This document shows, piece by piece, positions 24,701 through 38,169 of a stretch of DNA of 64,000 nt (position 1 is its first letter; each line of letters opens with the position of its first letter). The notes under the pieces are model-generated. The model was not told the origin of the DNA. It searched no databases and worked only from the letters and a program-made list of their open reading frames with translations. Origin of the DNA: Eledone cirrhosa (taxonomy: Eukaryota); the NCBI GenBank assembly GCA_964016885.1, contig OZ024741.1, positions 232,562,001-232,626,000 of the forward strand. The letters run 5' to 3'. Position numbers and translations under genes: made by a program.

Positions 24701-27700
24701 AGTATCTGAGGATGTAGAGGTACCTGAATGGCTTAAATCAGCTCTAAAGAAACGAATACCTGAGCGTAAACAGAGATCCGAGGAGACAGAAATACCTAGG
24801 AGTAGCCCAGTATCTGAGGTTGAACAGGTACTTGAAAGGAGTAAATCACCTCGAAGTAGACAATTACCCGAGGATAATCAGACACCCAAAGAGACAGAAA
24901 TACCTATGAGTAGCCCAGTATCTGAGGATGTAGAGGTACCTGAAAGTAGTAAATCATCTCTAAAGAAACGAATACCTGAGCGTAAACAGACACCCGAGGA
25001 GACAGAAATACCTAGGACTAGCCCAGTATCTGAGGATGTAGAGGTACCTGAATGGCTTAAATCAGCTCTAAAGAAACGAATACCTGAGCGTAAACAGAGA
25101 TCCGAGGAGACAGAAATACCTAGGAGTAGCCCAGTATCTGAGGTTGAACAGGTACTTGAAAGGAGTAAATCACCTCGAAGTAGACAATTACCCGAGGATA
25201 ATCAGACACCCAAAGAGACAGAAATACCTAGGACTAGCCCAGTATCTGAGGATGTAGAGGTACCTGAATGGCTTAAATCAGCTCTAAAGAAACGAATACC
25301 TGAGCGTAAACAGACACCCGAGGAGACAGAAATACCTAGGAGTAGCCCAGTATCTGAGGTTGAACAGGTACTTGAAAGGAGTAAATCACCTCGGAGTAGA
25401 CAATTACCCGAGGATAAACCGACACGCGAGGAGACAGAAATACCTAGGACTAGCCCAGTATCTGAGGATGTAGAGGTACCTGAATGGCTTAAATCAGCTC
25501 TAAAGAAACGAATACGTGAGCGTAAACAGACACCCAAAGAGACAGAAATACCTAGGAGTAGACGAGTATCTGAGGATGTACAGGTACCTGAAAGGAATAA
25601 ATCACCTCGAAGTAGACAATTATCTGTGGATAAACATACACCGCAGGAGACAGAAATACCTAGGAGTAGCCGAGTGTCTGAGGTTGTACAGGTACCTGAA
25701 TGGCTTAAATTAGCTCTACAGGAACCAATACCTGAGCGTAAACAGACACCCGAGGAGACAGAAATACCTAGGAGTAGCCGAGTGTCTGAGGTTGTACAGG
25801 TACCTGAATGGCTTAAATTAGCTCTACAGGAACCAATACCTGAGCGTAAACAGACACCCGAGGAGACAGAAATACCTAGGAGTAGCCGAGTGTCTGAGGT
25901 TGTACAGGTACCTGAATGGCTTAAATTAGCTCTACAGGAACCAATACCTGAGCGTAAACAGACACCCGAGGAGACAGAAATACCTAGGAGTAGCCGAGTG
26001 TCTGAGGTTGTACAGGTACCAGAATGGCTTAAATTAGCTCTACAGGAACCAATACCTGAGCGTAAACAGACACCCGAGGAGACAGAAATACCTAGGAGTA
26101 GCCGAGTGTCTGAGGTTGTAGAGGTACCTGAATGGCTTAAATTAGCCCTACAGGAACGAATACCTGAGCGTAAACAGACACCCGAGGAGACAGAAATACC
26201 TAGGAGTAGCCGAGTGTCTGAGGTTGTACAGGTACCTGAATGGCTTAAATTAGCCCTACAGGAACGAATACCTGAGCGTAAACAGACACCCGAGGAGACA
26301 GAAATACCTAGGAGTAGCCGAGTGTCTGAGGTTGTACAGGTACCTGAATGGCTTAAATTAGCCCTACAGGAACGAATACCTGAGCGTAAACAGACACCGG
26401 AGGAGACAGAAATACCTAGGAGTAGCCGAGTGTCTGAGGTTGTACAGGTACCTGAATGGCTTAAATTAGCCCTACAGGAACGAATACCTGAGCGTAAACA
26501 GACACCCGAGGAGACAGAAATACCTAGGAGTAGCCGAGTGTCTGAGGTTGTACAGGTACCTGAATGGCTTAAATTAGCTCTACAGGAACCAATACCTGAG
26601 CGTAAACAGACACCCGAGGAGACAGAAATACCTAGGAGTAGCCGAGTGTCTGAGGTTGTACAGGTACCTGAATGGCTTAAATTAGCCCTACAGGAACGAA
26701 TACCTGAGCGTAAACAGACACCGGAGGAGACAGAAATACCTAGGAGTAGCCGAGTGTCTGAGGTTGTAGAGGTACCTGAATGGCTTAAATTAGCTCTACA
26801 GGAACCAATACCTGAGCGTAAACAGACACCCGAGGAGACAGAAATACCTAGGAGTAGCCGAGTGTCTGAGGTTGTACAGGTACCTGAATGGCTTAAATTA
26901 GCTCTACAGAAACCAATACCTGAGCGTAAACAGACACCCGAGGAGACAGAAATACCTAGGAGTAGCCGAGTGTCTGAGGTTGTACAGGTACCTGAATGGC
27001 TTAAATTAGCCCTACAGGAACGAATACCTGAGCGTAAACAGACACCGGAGGAGACAGAAATACCTAGGAGTAGCCGAGTATCTGAGGATGTAGAGGTACC
27101 TGAAAGTAGTAAATCATCTCTAAAGAAACGAATACCTGAGCGTAAACAGACACCCGAGGAGACAGAAATACCTAGGACTAGCCCAGTATCTGAGGATGTA
27201 GAGGTACCTGAAAGTAGTAAATCATCTCTAAAGAAACGAATACCTGAGCGTAAACAGAGATCCGAGGAGACAGAAATATCTAGGAGTAGCCGAGTATCTG
27301 AGGTTGTACAGGTACCTGAATGGCTTAAATCAGCTCTAATGAAACGAATACCTGAACGTAAACAGACACCGAAGGAGACAGAAATATCTAGGAGTAGCCC
27401 TGTATCTTGGGATTTACAGGTACCTGAAAGGTCTAAAACATCTCAAAGTAGACAAGTACCTGAGTATAAACAAACACCTGAGTATAACCAGGCATCCGGG
27501 GAGACTCGACAGCCCAAAAGTGCGCGGTTAACTGAAGATACTCCTGTAGCCGAGACGTCTAAAACACTCGGGAGTGGTAGCTCCACTGAGGATATGCAGA
27601 CACACGAGATGACTGAAATGCTTTCGAGTAGGGAGGAAAATGTGGTATCTGAGGATTCTGAGATGCTAGAGATGACCGAAATACCCAGGATTAGAAAATT

Positions 27701-27714
27701 ATCTTTGCAAAGAG
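21778..27714 (+). CDS. Giant exon encoding a Ser/Pro/Glu/Arg-rich tandem-repeat (probably cytoplasmic) region; open frame 22068-27714, 5' part disrupted
   Basis: The ttttctttag acceptor gives RIRRKKSE in phase with the TM exon. The 1890-aa ORF runs 22161-27833 with a probable donor ag|gtcaga at 27714. Two poly-A frameshifts (about 21895 and 21955) and in-frame stops at 22041 and 22065 lie upstream of the ORF. Confidence 0.6.
22210..27480 (+). repeat. Coding tandem repeat, 108-bp (36-aa) unit, roughly 48 copies
   Basis: Period of 108 bp (for example aggttgtaca at 25681 and 25789). The frame is preserved throughout. Confidence 0.95.
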
Positions 27715-27858
27715 GTCAGATTTTTAAAGAATATAATATATCTCTCTATTTAACTAACTCTTTATTCCTCCCACATTTCGCTCCATTTATTAAACCCCAC
27801 ACCACCCCATCACAAACCATTATTTCATTTTGAATTATGTTACGTACAAATTAAATAA

Positions 27859-29872
27859 CACCGTGTAACATTTTTTGTTCCCCGGTTCTAAGTGTCATTT
27901 CATGTTTTGTTATATCCCAATATTATTAAAAGCCTAAAGTAGAAACAATTATTAAAAAAAACACTATTATTTAATCAAAAGTTTAGGTTTGTGGTCAGGA
28001 GTTTGATATTTAGAAATGTTCATATTTTTAAAGAAAAAACACATTTTTTTTTAATTTATCAGTTCATATAATTAAATCAACAGAGTATATATTTATTTTT
28101 TACACAAGCTTACCAAAAGCAAAGAAGTCAAAACAAATAACACTTTAAAGCAACTTATACACGTCAGAAATGACTGGATTTCCTGGATTTGCGGTTGTAG
28201 CGAAGGCCGCTTTCTCGCACTAGCCCCCAGATATAGTCCCCCATTATTTTTTCATTGTAGTGGTCCTGGTACCTCCGCTCTATCTCTTTCACATCTTGGT
28301 GGAATCGTTCGCATTGTTCTTCTGAGTAGGCGCCCATATTGTCCTTTAATTTTTCCAGGTGAGCGTCCAGAATATGGAGTTTAAGCGACATCCTGCATCC
28401 CATGGTGCCAAAAGCCTTTATCAGATCCGGCACCAGTTGCTGGTAGTTTTCAGCTCTGTAGTTACTCAGGAAGCCCTTAAACAGTTCCATACTGTTCTCT
28501 CAATCCTATAGAGCTTATTGGAGAAGTCGGTAGAATCAAACACCTTCTTTATCTGAGATCCAACAAAAATTCCACCTTTGATTTTGGCCTCAGATAACTT
28601 GGGGAAGAACTCAAGAAGGTACTTAAAAGCGGCTGATTCTTGGTCGAGAGCCTTCACAAACTGCTTCATCAACCCCAACTTAATGTGCAGTGGCGGCATG
28701 AGCACAATCTTAGGATCAACCAGTGGCTCCCACATGACGTTCCGCGTCCCAACTACAAATTCTGTTCGCTGCTCCCAGTTCTTTATTTTGTAGTGGTCAG
28801 AGGTGGCTCTACTGTCCCAAAGGCAGAGGAAGCATTGGAATTTGATAAAGCCTCCTTGGAGTCCAAGCAGGAAAGTCACCATCTTGAAGTCTCCAATGAT
28901 TTCCCAATTGTACTGGTTGTATTGCATTGCAGAGCTTCCAAGAGGACTTTCACACTGTAGTAATCTTCCTTCAGGCAGTCTGAATGAGCTAGGGGCAGTG
29001 TCGGGAACTTGTTTCCATTGTGGAGGAGGACAGCCTTCAAACATGTGGTGGAGCTGTCTATAAATAGCTGCCACTCCTTGGGCACAAACGGCACCCCAAT
29101 AACGTCAAACAGTTCAGGCACGTCATGGCAGAAGCAGAAGCCTTCCCTAAGAGTGTAAAAGCCTGAGAAAGGTTCGTGTCGACTTCTCTGACTTGTCACC
29201 TGCACTTCCCTCTTGACTAAGTTCCACTGCTTCATCCTGGAGACGAATAGCTCCGAATTGGACTTGGTCAGACTCATATCCCTGACCAAGTCATTGACTT
29301 ATTTTTGGTTTGGGAAGTAAGGAACTTTTTCTGGTACCTCAGGTAGGTAATCCAAGTCCTCAGCATCCATCTCCTCCTCTTCATCAGAATACTTGTCTTG
29401 GAAAATAAATATGATATGCAATAGAAAATAAATATTGGAAAGGGAAATACATATTTAAATAATATAAAAGAACACTAATCATACTAATAAAAATTCGTGC
29501 TTAAAACACTACTTACCCTTTATTCAGGGTTGCGAAAATCCAGTATCAATAAATCTCTTTAATTCACTTTTTAACAATTGTATAATTTATTGCACTTTTA
29601 TAATTTTCTTGAGGTATTACTCTTTATTTTATAATTTTAATTTAACCTGAAAGAAACATATATAAAAAAATCATTTAACATAAGCAAATTAAACTTACAT
29701 ACAGCGTAAAATCCAGCATACAAATAATTCTAGTGAATAGCTTAGAATTTTTACAAACCCAAACTTTTAACTGTTTAATAGCACTTTTTTTTATTTATTG
29801 GGGACCTACGCAACACAAAAAAAGTGATTACAATCCGGGAACAGAGAAAAAAAATATTTTTTTTACACGGTG
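27859..29872 (-). mobile_element. Chapaev3-like (CMC) DNA transposon with degraded, intron-containing transposase
   Basis: TIRs caccgtgtaa...ttacacggtg with subterminal tgttccccgg/ccgggaaca, and a 3-bp TSD TAA. Transposase motifs WQLFIDSS, GDFKMV, PPLHIKLGLMKQFVKAL, MSLKLHIL and SEEQCERFHQD. The family name is from recalled TIR/TSD rules. Confidence 0.8.
28164..29400 (-). pseudogene. Frameshifted transposase
   Basis: Split across ORFs 28876-29289, 28466-29074 and 28164-28490. Confidence 0.8.
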
Positions 29873-30215
29873 TAATTTATAAATGAAAGCCCTGAAATCT
29901 TATCGGTTGATATTTGACACAATATTATATTTATTAGTCCACATAAGTCAACTTTTCAATTTAACTGAATGATCAATGTATTGAACTAATAATTTGGGCT
30001 TGAAAATATTTCCTCGTGAATTTCCAGTGTATCGCATCGATGTAAAGGTCAAACAACTGATTCCATTTGCTGCTGTCCTTGTTTTTCTCATCTTTTTTCT
30101 TATATTTGCTTTTTTGCCTCCTATATTTGTTACAGCTTTTCCTTTATCACTCTATCTGCCTCTTGATTATGATGCCTAACTATGAGGGGAATTAGATACT
30201 ATACATGGTATATTG

Positions 30216-30270
30216 TACCAGTAATGCACTGGGTGGTTGCTGGCCTTGTGCCTAAAGTAGAAACAATTAT
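30216..30270 (+). mobile_element. SINE 3' fragment
   Basis: gtaccagtaatgcactggg...gcctaaagtagaaacaatt. Confidence 0.7.
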
Positions 30271-31513
30271 AGTTTACTAAAAATATATAAATAAATATAG
30301 GGAGTGTGATTAAGGTTTACTTCGAACTGTTGCAAATGTGTAATTTTACATTTTACGTTTTAATTTAGAGGAAAATGCCATGCACATGATTATTTTCAGA
30401 GTCCACATGAATAGTGAAGATAGAAGAAACTTATTCTCAATACGGAAACTTTAAACTAGAATCAATGATCCTGTATTAGATAATTGGTTTATGAGAAAGT
30501 GGCGTAGGGAATAACGGTGATAAAAAGAAGAGTAGATGAAGAATAATTAGTTACACGAACACCTTTGTTAAATTCACATTTTTTATCTGTACAGCTTATT
30601 TTAGTAGATAACGTAAACACTGAGAATCTTCTTACATGGATCTATGCCATATATATTATTGTTACCGTTTAGCTTCAGGCTACATATAATGCAGAAGACC
30701 TATGATCATATCTGTAAAGCTTAGGAGAAATTTGCTTGTGATATTGATTCCAGTTCATATCCTGATATAATTAAGTTTCCGTTGCAATTCAATCCTTTCG
30801 GTTTGAGAAGTATATTACATACATGTTTGTACTTTAGCGGAATTGTAAAAGCGTTGTAGATGATGCTTTGTAACGTCGGCTCTCTTCATTCTGAGTACAA
30901 TTCTCACGAAAACTGGGGAAATGACGACAAAGATAATAGAGTTAGCAATCATTAAACAATTTTAGAGGTCAAATCTTTCATGTGAAGCCGACTAAATCTA
31001 TAGATGTATCGGCCGTAAACACATTACAAGTGACAGAGGATGAAAGTTGGTTCAGCATATACATTAACCCGCCAGTCGGAATTGGAGAAGGATGGTTTAC
31101 ATATTATGTCTTTCTTATTTAAATGTACGATTGTATGTGTATATATAGCATTTAAATACCACGGGATTCGCGATAATTTAATTTTCAAATGTCATAAATA
31201 ATCGGAATGGAGCCGAAGGAATGTATGTTTTCAACGGAATGTTTTTCAAAATGACATTGACTATAAAATAGAATTCTTAAATTGGAATTCATAAAATAAA
31301 TGCGATATCAATTCAGGGCAGAAGTGTTAGAGCTACCAAGTTGTATTTTCCTACGATAAAGTCCAAAAAAAGAATGAAAACTAATTGAATGCCAAAGTGA
31401 AGGGAGAGTTTAAAACAAATTTGTCTGTGGATAGCAGGTATATGACTCCATCCATTGACTCAAAACCACGAAAATAGGTGTTCATCTTCCATTTTATGTT
31501 CTTTTCCATAAAG

Positions 31514-31647
31514 AAACCAGGGAGTTCCAGAAGTTCCAACACTGCATTGAATTTGAATCAGCTGATCGAACATTGAATAAGCCACCAATAATGAAGTACA
31601 TAAAAAAGCAACTGGTTACGTCTAAGCCATTTTCGAAAGACTTTTCG
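31514..31647 (+). CDS. Possible downstream exon of the repeat-protein gene
   Basis: Open frame ETREFQKFQHCIEFESADRTLNKPPIMKYIKKQLVTSKPFSKDFS, strong donor cg|gtaaga and weak aag acceptor. Phase is compatible with the donor at 27714. Confidence 0.25.
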
Positions 31648-31984
31648 GTAAGAGCTCTCATTAAGACGTTCATTGATACCTATTTGTTTAATGTATTTTG
31701 TTAGTTATTTTATATTGCAAATCTTAAATCATAACTTCGCTACTTTTACGTTTTCAAACAACTAAAACACCATATCATTGTCTTTTATTCAAGGGAATGT
31801 CTAACTAAACACAGAAAAATATTACTAGAGAAGTCCTGCTTAGAGAATTGGTTTTTAAGTGTACATGCCGATATACATTGCTGAAAGACACACAAGCGTC
31901 CACACAGGCATATACGCAAGCACACACCCACCCACACAGATATATGTATATGTATATATATATATATGTGTGTGTATATATATC

Positions 31985-32249
31985 ACCTGGATAGACCAGT
32001 GTGTCGGGCGTCCAGTCGGCGCCGCCGGTCACTGCACGCCGTGCTGTTTTAGCCATAAAATAACGCCATCCCACTGGGTGGGCGGGCAAGCCGGTACCTG
32101 TTCCTCTCATTTTTACGGCTGAGTAAACATGAGCAACGTGAAATAAAATGTCCTTCTCAAGGAAACAACACATTACCCGGCCCGAGAATTGAACTCACAA
32201 CCTTTTGATTGCAAGCTCAATGCTCTAACCACTGAGCCATACGCCTTCA
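31985..32249 (-). mobile_element. tRNA-derived SINE, second family, with CORE-like central domain
   Basis: Minus strand reads ggcgtatggctcagtggttagagc (A box)...gtgagttcaattc (B box), then gtgttgtttccttgagaaggacatttt. Confidence 0.75.
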
Positions 32250-32460
<211 letters not shown>

Positions 32461-32485
32461 TGTAATAAACAACATAAGGCAATTA

Positions 32486-32545
32486 TTCCATTTACCAGTG
32501 GTTTCTTAAAAGCAAAAAAATTAGCTTTCAATCATCAGAATGAAA
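32486..32545 (-). ncRNA. Type-I hammerhead ribozyme (PLE A, left arm)
   Basis: Reverse-complement counterpart of 42183-42242, with the core intact. Confidence 0.75.
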
Positions 32546-33336
32546 AAATCCTGGTGTATTTATTGATATTGGTTTCTAAAAACAAAAATGCAGTCTATAT
32601 GAAAGTGAGGCTGGAGAAGGAAGAAGGAAAGGAAAAATAAAATAAAAACACACATGCAAACACACACACACACACAATTATATACATACACACACACATA
32701 TATATATATACATACACACATACATACACACACATACACATATATGTGTATATATATACATACACATATATATACACATACATACATACATACACACATA
32801 AATATCAACATATCCATACATACACATACATATATACAACCACACACATATATATACACATATATATATAGAGAAATATAAATATATATATATATATATG
32901 CATACACATACACATACATAGCTATACACACATACATATACATACATACATACACACAATCATACGTATATACACACGTACATACATACACATACATACA
33001 CACATATATACATGCATACATATGCATACACAAAATTAGAAAAATATACACACACCTCTACATATTCACACACGCAAATAAATATAAGAAAAAATATATA
33101 AAAGACAAAAAAGAAAATAAAGACTATTATAAAGTTGACAGCGATACAGGCAACAAATAAATGAAAAAACACGTGGTAAGCAATACACACAAATGCACGT
33201 ACACATACATACGTAAAAATAAATACATACACACACTCTCACACATAAATAGACATATACAAATACATAAACACATAGATACGCAACCACAAATACATAC
33301 ATACACACATATACATATATACGCACACATATACAT

Positions 33337-33383
<47 letters not shown>

Positions 33384-33551
33384 CAGATACATATATATAT
33401 ATACACACACATACATACATAGTCATACAATTATAGACATACAAATACGTACATATCACAAACACGCACAATCAAATACAAACACAAACATATATATATG
33501 TGTGTAAAACTCATTCTTAGATAATTCATATGAACCTTATTTAACTCTAAG

Positions 33552-33620
<69 letters not shown>

Positions 33621-33753
33621 CACATACATACATATACATACTTACTAACATACACATATATATCTACACACACATATATACATACACATACGTATGCATA
33701 CATACACACACACACACACACACACACATACACCTACATATACATATATAACT

Positions 33754-33819
<66 letters not shown>

Positions 33820-34136
33820 GAGAAAGAACATAAATATTATCAAATAAATATTTTATATATTAAAAAATTTTGGAATACGACAAATAATAAATAAACATAT
33901 ATATATATTTAGAAAAGGGTATAAATGCCCATAGCAGACCTAGAGCACTCAACAAGTTCATGGAGCAAAAGATCAATGAAAATAATCATCAAATCACTAT
34001 ATATAATGATGCACATACATACACCCTTATACATATATACAATATACACACACATATATATAAATATATATACATACACACACACACACACACACACAAA
34101 CCCAGCCACAGAAATACAAACACACATACAAAAACG

Positions 34137-34206
<70 letters not shown>

Positions 34207-34462
34207 TAGGAAGAAGCCTGCCCCTACGGCAGAGCTCAAGCCTTTTCTGAGGCTATTATATAAAAACCCACAAAACCATTATATAAAAATTAATATCTAA
34301 AAATAAAAAAATGTTGGTATGTGAAGGGTAAGGCAAAAAAATAGGGGGGAAAGGAGGGGGGGGATGACATTGGAAAAGGTTTAAATATAAGGGGAGATAA
34401 GGGAGAAAGAGAATACAAGAGTACAGAACGTGGATTGAGCAGGTAATACAACTTATACCAAA

Positions 34463-36527
34463 ATGCTTATAGATAAAATCGAACAAGTCGTTAAAAGAAT
34501 GAGATGGAAGGCAATGGTTTACGATGGACTATTCAGTGTTGATACTAATGATTGTTTTGACATAAAATCCCGTAAATATCCACCTAGAATTAAAGACATG
34601 GCCAACTTCGAATTAGACCTTGTTAATTTAATTAGTGATATCAAATTTCGTAAGTACAATTTAACTTTCAAACTAAATTGTCTAACGATATTTCTAATTT
34701 TTAAAATTCTACAAACACCTTTGTTCTTTCTGATCAAACTAAAAATCTATTTGAAGTTAATAGTACTTTGTATAACCAACTTTTAACTAATAGTATCACC
34801 AACAAATATCAATTAACTAATAATAATACCTACAATACTATTAATAAAGAAGCTAAAGAACTAGCTAGTTCTTTAAAAATAGACAACCGGATTGAAAGCC
34901 TAGCTAAGCGTAAAGTATATATTACCCTTAAAGACCATAAATTATACTTTACTAATCGACCTAGTTGTAGACTGATTAACCCGACTAAATCCGAAGTTGG
35001 TCTTGCAAGTAAAAAAATCTTAAGAAAAATAATCCTCCAAATTAGAACTAAGATTGACCTATCACAGTGGCTAAATACTCCCTCTGTTATTTCTTGGTTT
35101 AATAATATACAAGGTAAAAATAAGTGTAGATTTACCCAATTTGATATTGTTGATTTTTACCCCTCTATTACTGTTTCCTTATTAACTAATGCCTTAGAGT
35201 TTGCAAGACCTTTCATTAATATTTCTAAATTAGAAGAAGACATTATCGTTCATGCTAGAAAAACTTTACTCTTTACTAATGAAAATATTTGGGTTAAAAA
35301 GTCAAACCCTGAAAACTCTTTTGATGTTGCAATGGGTTCATATGACAGTGCGGATGTGTGTGACTTAGTAGGATTATTCCTTCTCCACACCCTCAAAGAG
35401 AAATTTCCTTCCAATAATATCGGTTTATACCGTGATGACGGATTGGCTGTTTCTCATACCACCAACGGCCATAACCTTGATAAATTCCGTAAAGATTTAA
35501 TCAATACTTTTGCTAATCTTAACCTTAAAATCACTATAGATACGAACCTTACCAATGCTAACTTTCTTGATATTAATCTTGATCTACTTACCGCCTCTTT
35601 TAAACCTTATCATAAACCTAATGAAAATCTTAGGTATATACACAAAGAGTCTTGCCATCCCCCTATAATTTTTAATAATCTTATTCCCAACATTAGCCGT
35701 AGGATTTCTACCTTATCTGCGTCTATAGACATTTTTAATAAAGCCGCCCCTTATTATAATAAAGCCCTTAAGAGCAGCGGTTTTACAGAACAAATTTATT
35801 ATTTACCTACTCCCCCACCCCCTAAAACTAACCACAATAACAGGAAAAGGAAAATTATTTCGTTTACACCCCCTTCTCTCTAACTGTCAAAACTAATGTA
35901 GGAAGGAAATTCCTTGAACTCTTAGATAAACATGTTCCTCCTAATCATAGATATTATAAGATATTTAATAGGAATGGACTTAAGATCAGTTACTCGTGTT
36001 GCCCCTCTATGAAGTCCAAGATCACTAATTCAAATCATACGAGAACAAATCTAGGATGCAGTTGCAGAAAGCCGGATGAATGCCCACTGCAGGGCAAATG
36101 TAACACCAAATCTGTTGTTTATGAGGCTAAAATAACACCTTTAATCAACAACCAGCCAGCCAGTTGTGAGCGATATGTTGGCATGACCCAGCACAGGTTT
36201 AAAACCAGGTTTTACTCACATGTCGCTTCTTTTAAGCAATCCGATAAACGAACATCAACGGCCCTCGCAAGTAAGGTGTGGGAATTCAAGGATAAAAACA
36301 TCCCGTACTCTATCGATTGGTCTATTTTAGACCATTCGAGGGAGTACCAAAGGGGCACAAAGAATTGTTCTTTGTGTACCACAGAAAAATATAGGATTTT
36401 GCTAAACTTGAAAGCCACTTCTTCTTGCCTGAACTCAAAGACCGAGATATTCAGATGTTGTCTTCATCTGAAATCACATCTGATCTGTAACTGGATTGAC
36501 ATTCCTATGATAACTCAACCGCCTTGA
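34463..36527 (+). pseudogene. PLE RT + GIY-YIG polyprotein (Hydra-clade-like), about two frameshifts
   Basis: FDIVDFYPSI, MGSYDSADVCDLVG, GLYRDDGL, CSCRKPDECPLQGKC linker, VVYEAK...RYVGMT, CSLCTTEK and KTE...CLH. Confidence 0.9.
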
Positions 36528-36809
36528 ACTCCTTTCCTGCTCTTTACTTCAACTACGGTTTTTATACCTGCTAAATCCACGTTCTGTACTCTTGTATTCT
36601 CTTTCTCCCTTATCTCCCCTTATATTTAAACATTTTCCTATGTCATTTTCCCCCCCCTCCTTTCCCCCCCTATTTTTTTTGCCTTACCCTTCACATACCA
36701 ACATTTTTTTTATTTTTAGATATTAATTTTTATATAATGGTTTTGTGTGTTTTTATATAATAGCCTCAGAAAAGGCTTGAGCTCTGCCGTAGGGGCAGGC
36801 TTCTTCCTA

Positions 36810-36840
<31 letters not shown>

Positions 36841-37154
36841 GTATATATACGTTTTTGTATGTGTGTTTGTATTTCTGTGGTTGGGGTTTTTGTGTGTATG
36901 TATATTTATTTATGTGTTTGTGTGTGTGTGTGTATATGTATATATGTATAAAGGTGTATGTATGTGCATCATTATATATAGTGATTTGATGATTATTTTC
37001 ATTGATCTTTTGCTCCATGAACTTGTTGAGTGCTCTAGGTCTGCTATGGGCATTTATACCCTTTTCTAAATATATATATATTTTTATTTATTATTAGTCG
37101 TATTCCAAAATTTTTTTTATATATGAAATATTATTTTATAATATTTATGTTCTT

Positions 37155-37210
<56 letters not shown>

Positions 37211-37367
37211 AGTTATATATGTATATGTATGTGTGTGTGTGTGTGTGTGTACGTATGCATACGCATGTGTATGTATATATGTTTGTGTAGGTATATATGT
37301 GTATGTTAGTAAGTATGTATGTGTATGTGTATATATATATATGTGTATGTTAGTAAGTATGTATGTG

Positions 37368-37418
<51 letters not shown>

Positions 37419-38134
37419 TTTAGAGTTAAATAAGGTTCATATGAATTATCTAAGAATGAGTTTTACACACATATATATGTGTGTGTTTGTATTTGGTTGT
37501 GCGTGTTTGTGATATGTACGTATTTGTTTGTGTATAATTGTATGACTATGTATGTATGTGTGTGTGTATATATATATATATGTATGTGTATATATATATA
37601 GATATATATGTGTGTATGTATATGTGTGTGTATATATGTATATGTATGTGTGTGTGTGTGTGTGCGTGTGTGTATGCATTTGTGGTTGCGTATGTATGTG
37701 TTTATGTATTTGTATATGTATATTTATGTGTGAGAGTGTGTGTATGTATTTATTTTTACGTATGTATGTGTACGTGTATTTGTGTGTATTGTTTACCACG
37801 TGTGTTTTTTCATTTATTTGTTGCCTATATCGCTGTCAACTTTATAATAGTCTTTATTTTCTTTTTTGTCTTTTATATATTTTTTCTTATATTTATTTGC
37901 GTGTGTGTGAATATGTAGAGGTGTGTGTATATTTTTCTAATTTTCTGTATGCATATGTATGCATGTATATATGTGTGTATGTATGTGTATGTATATCGGT
38001 GTGTATATACGTATGATTGTGTGTATGTATGTATGTATGTATGTATGTATGTATGTATGTATGTATGTATGTATGTATGTATGTATGTATGTATGTATGT
38101 ATGTGTGTATAGCTATGTATGTGTATGTGTATGC

Positions 38135-38166
<32 letters not shown>

Positions 38167-38169
38167 TTC

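Noticed and set aside
23024-25537. 405-aa and 111-aa minus-strand ORFs
   Set aside because: Antisense shadows of the coding tandem repeat.
22210-27480. CRISPR-like periodicity
   Set aside because: Contiguous 108-bp units with no unique spacers and no cas genes, in a eukaryotic context.
30369-30454. Possible terminal exon (EENAMHMIIF...KL*)
   Set aside because: Phase-compatible, but short with no homology evidence.
32175-32249. tRNA gene
   Set aside because: A and B boxes are present, but no proper acceptor stem is evident and the sequence runs into a SINE body.
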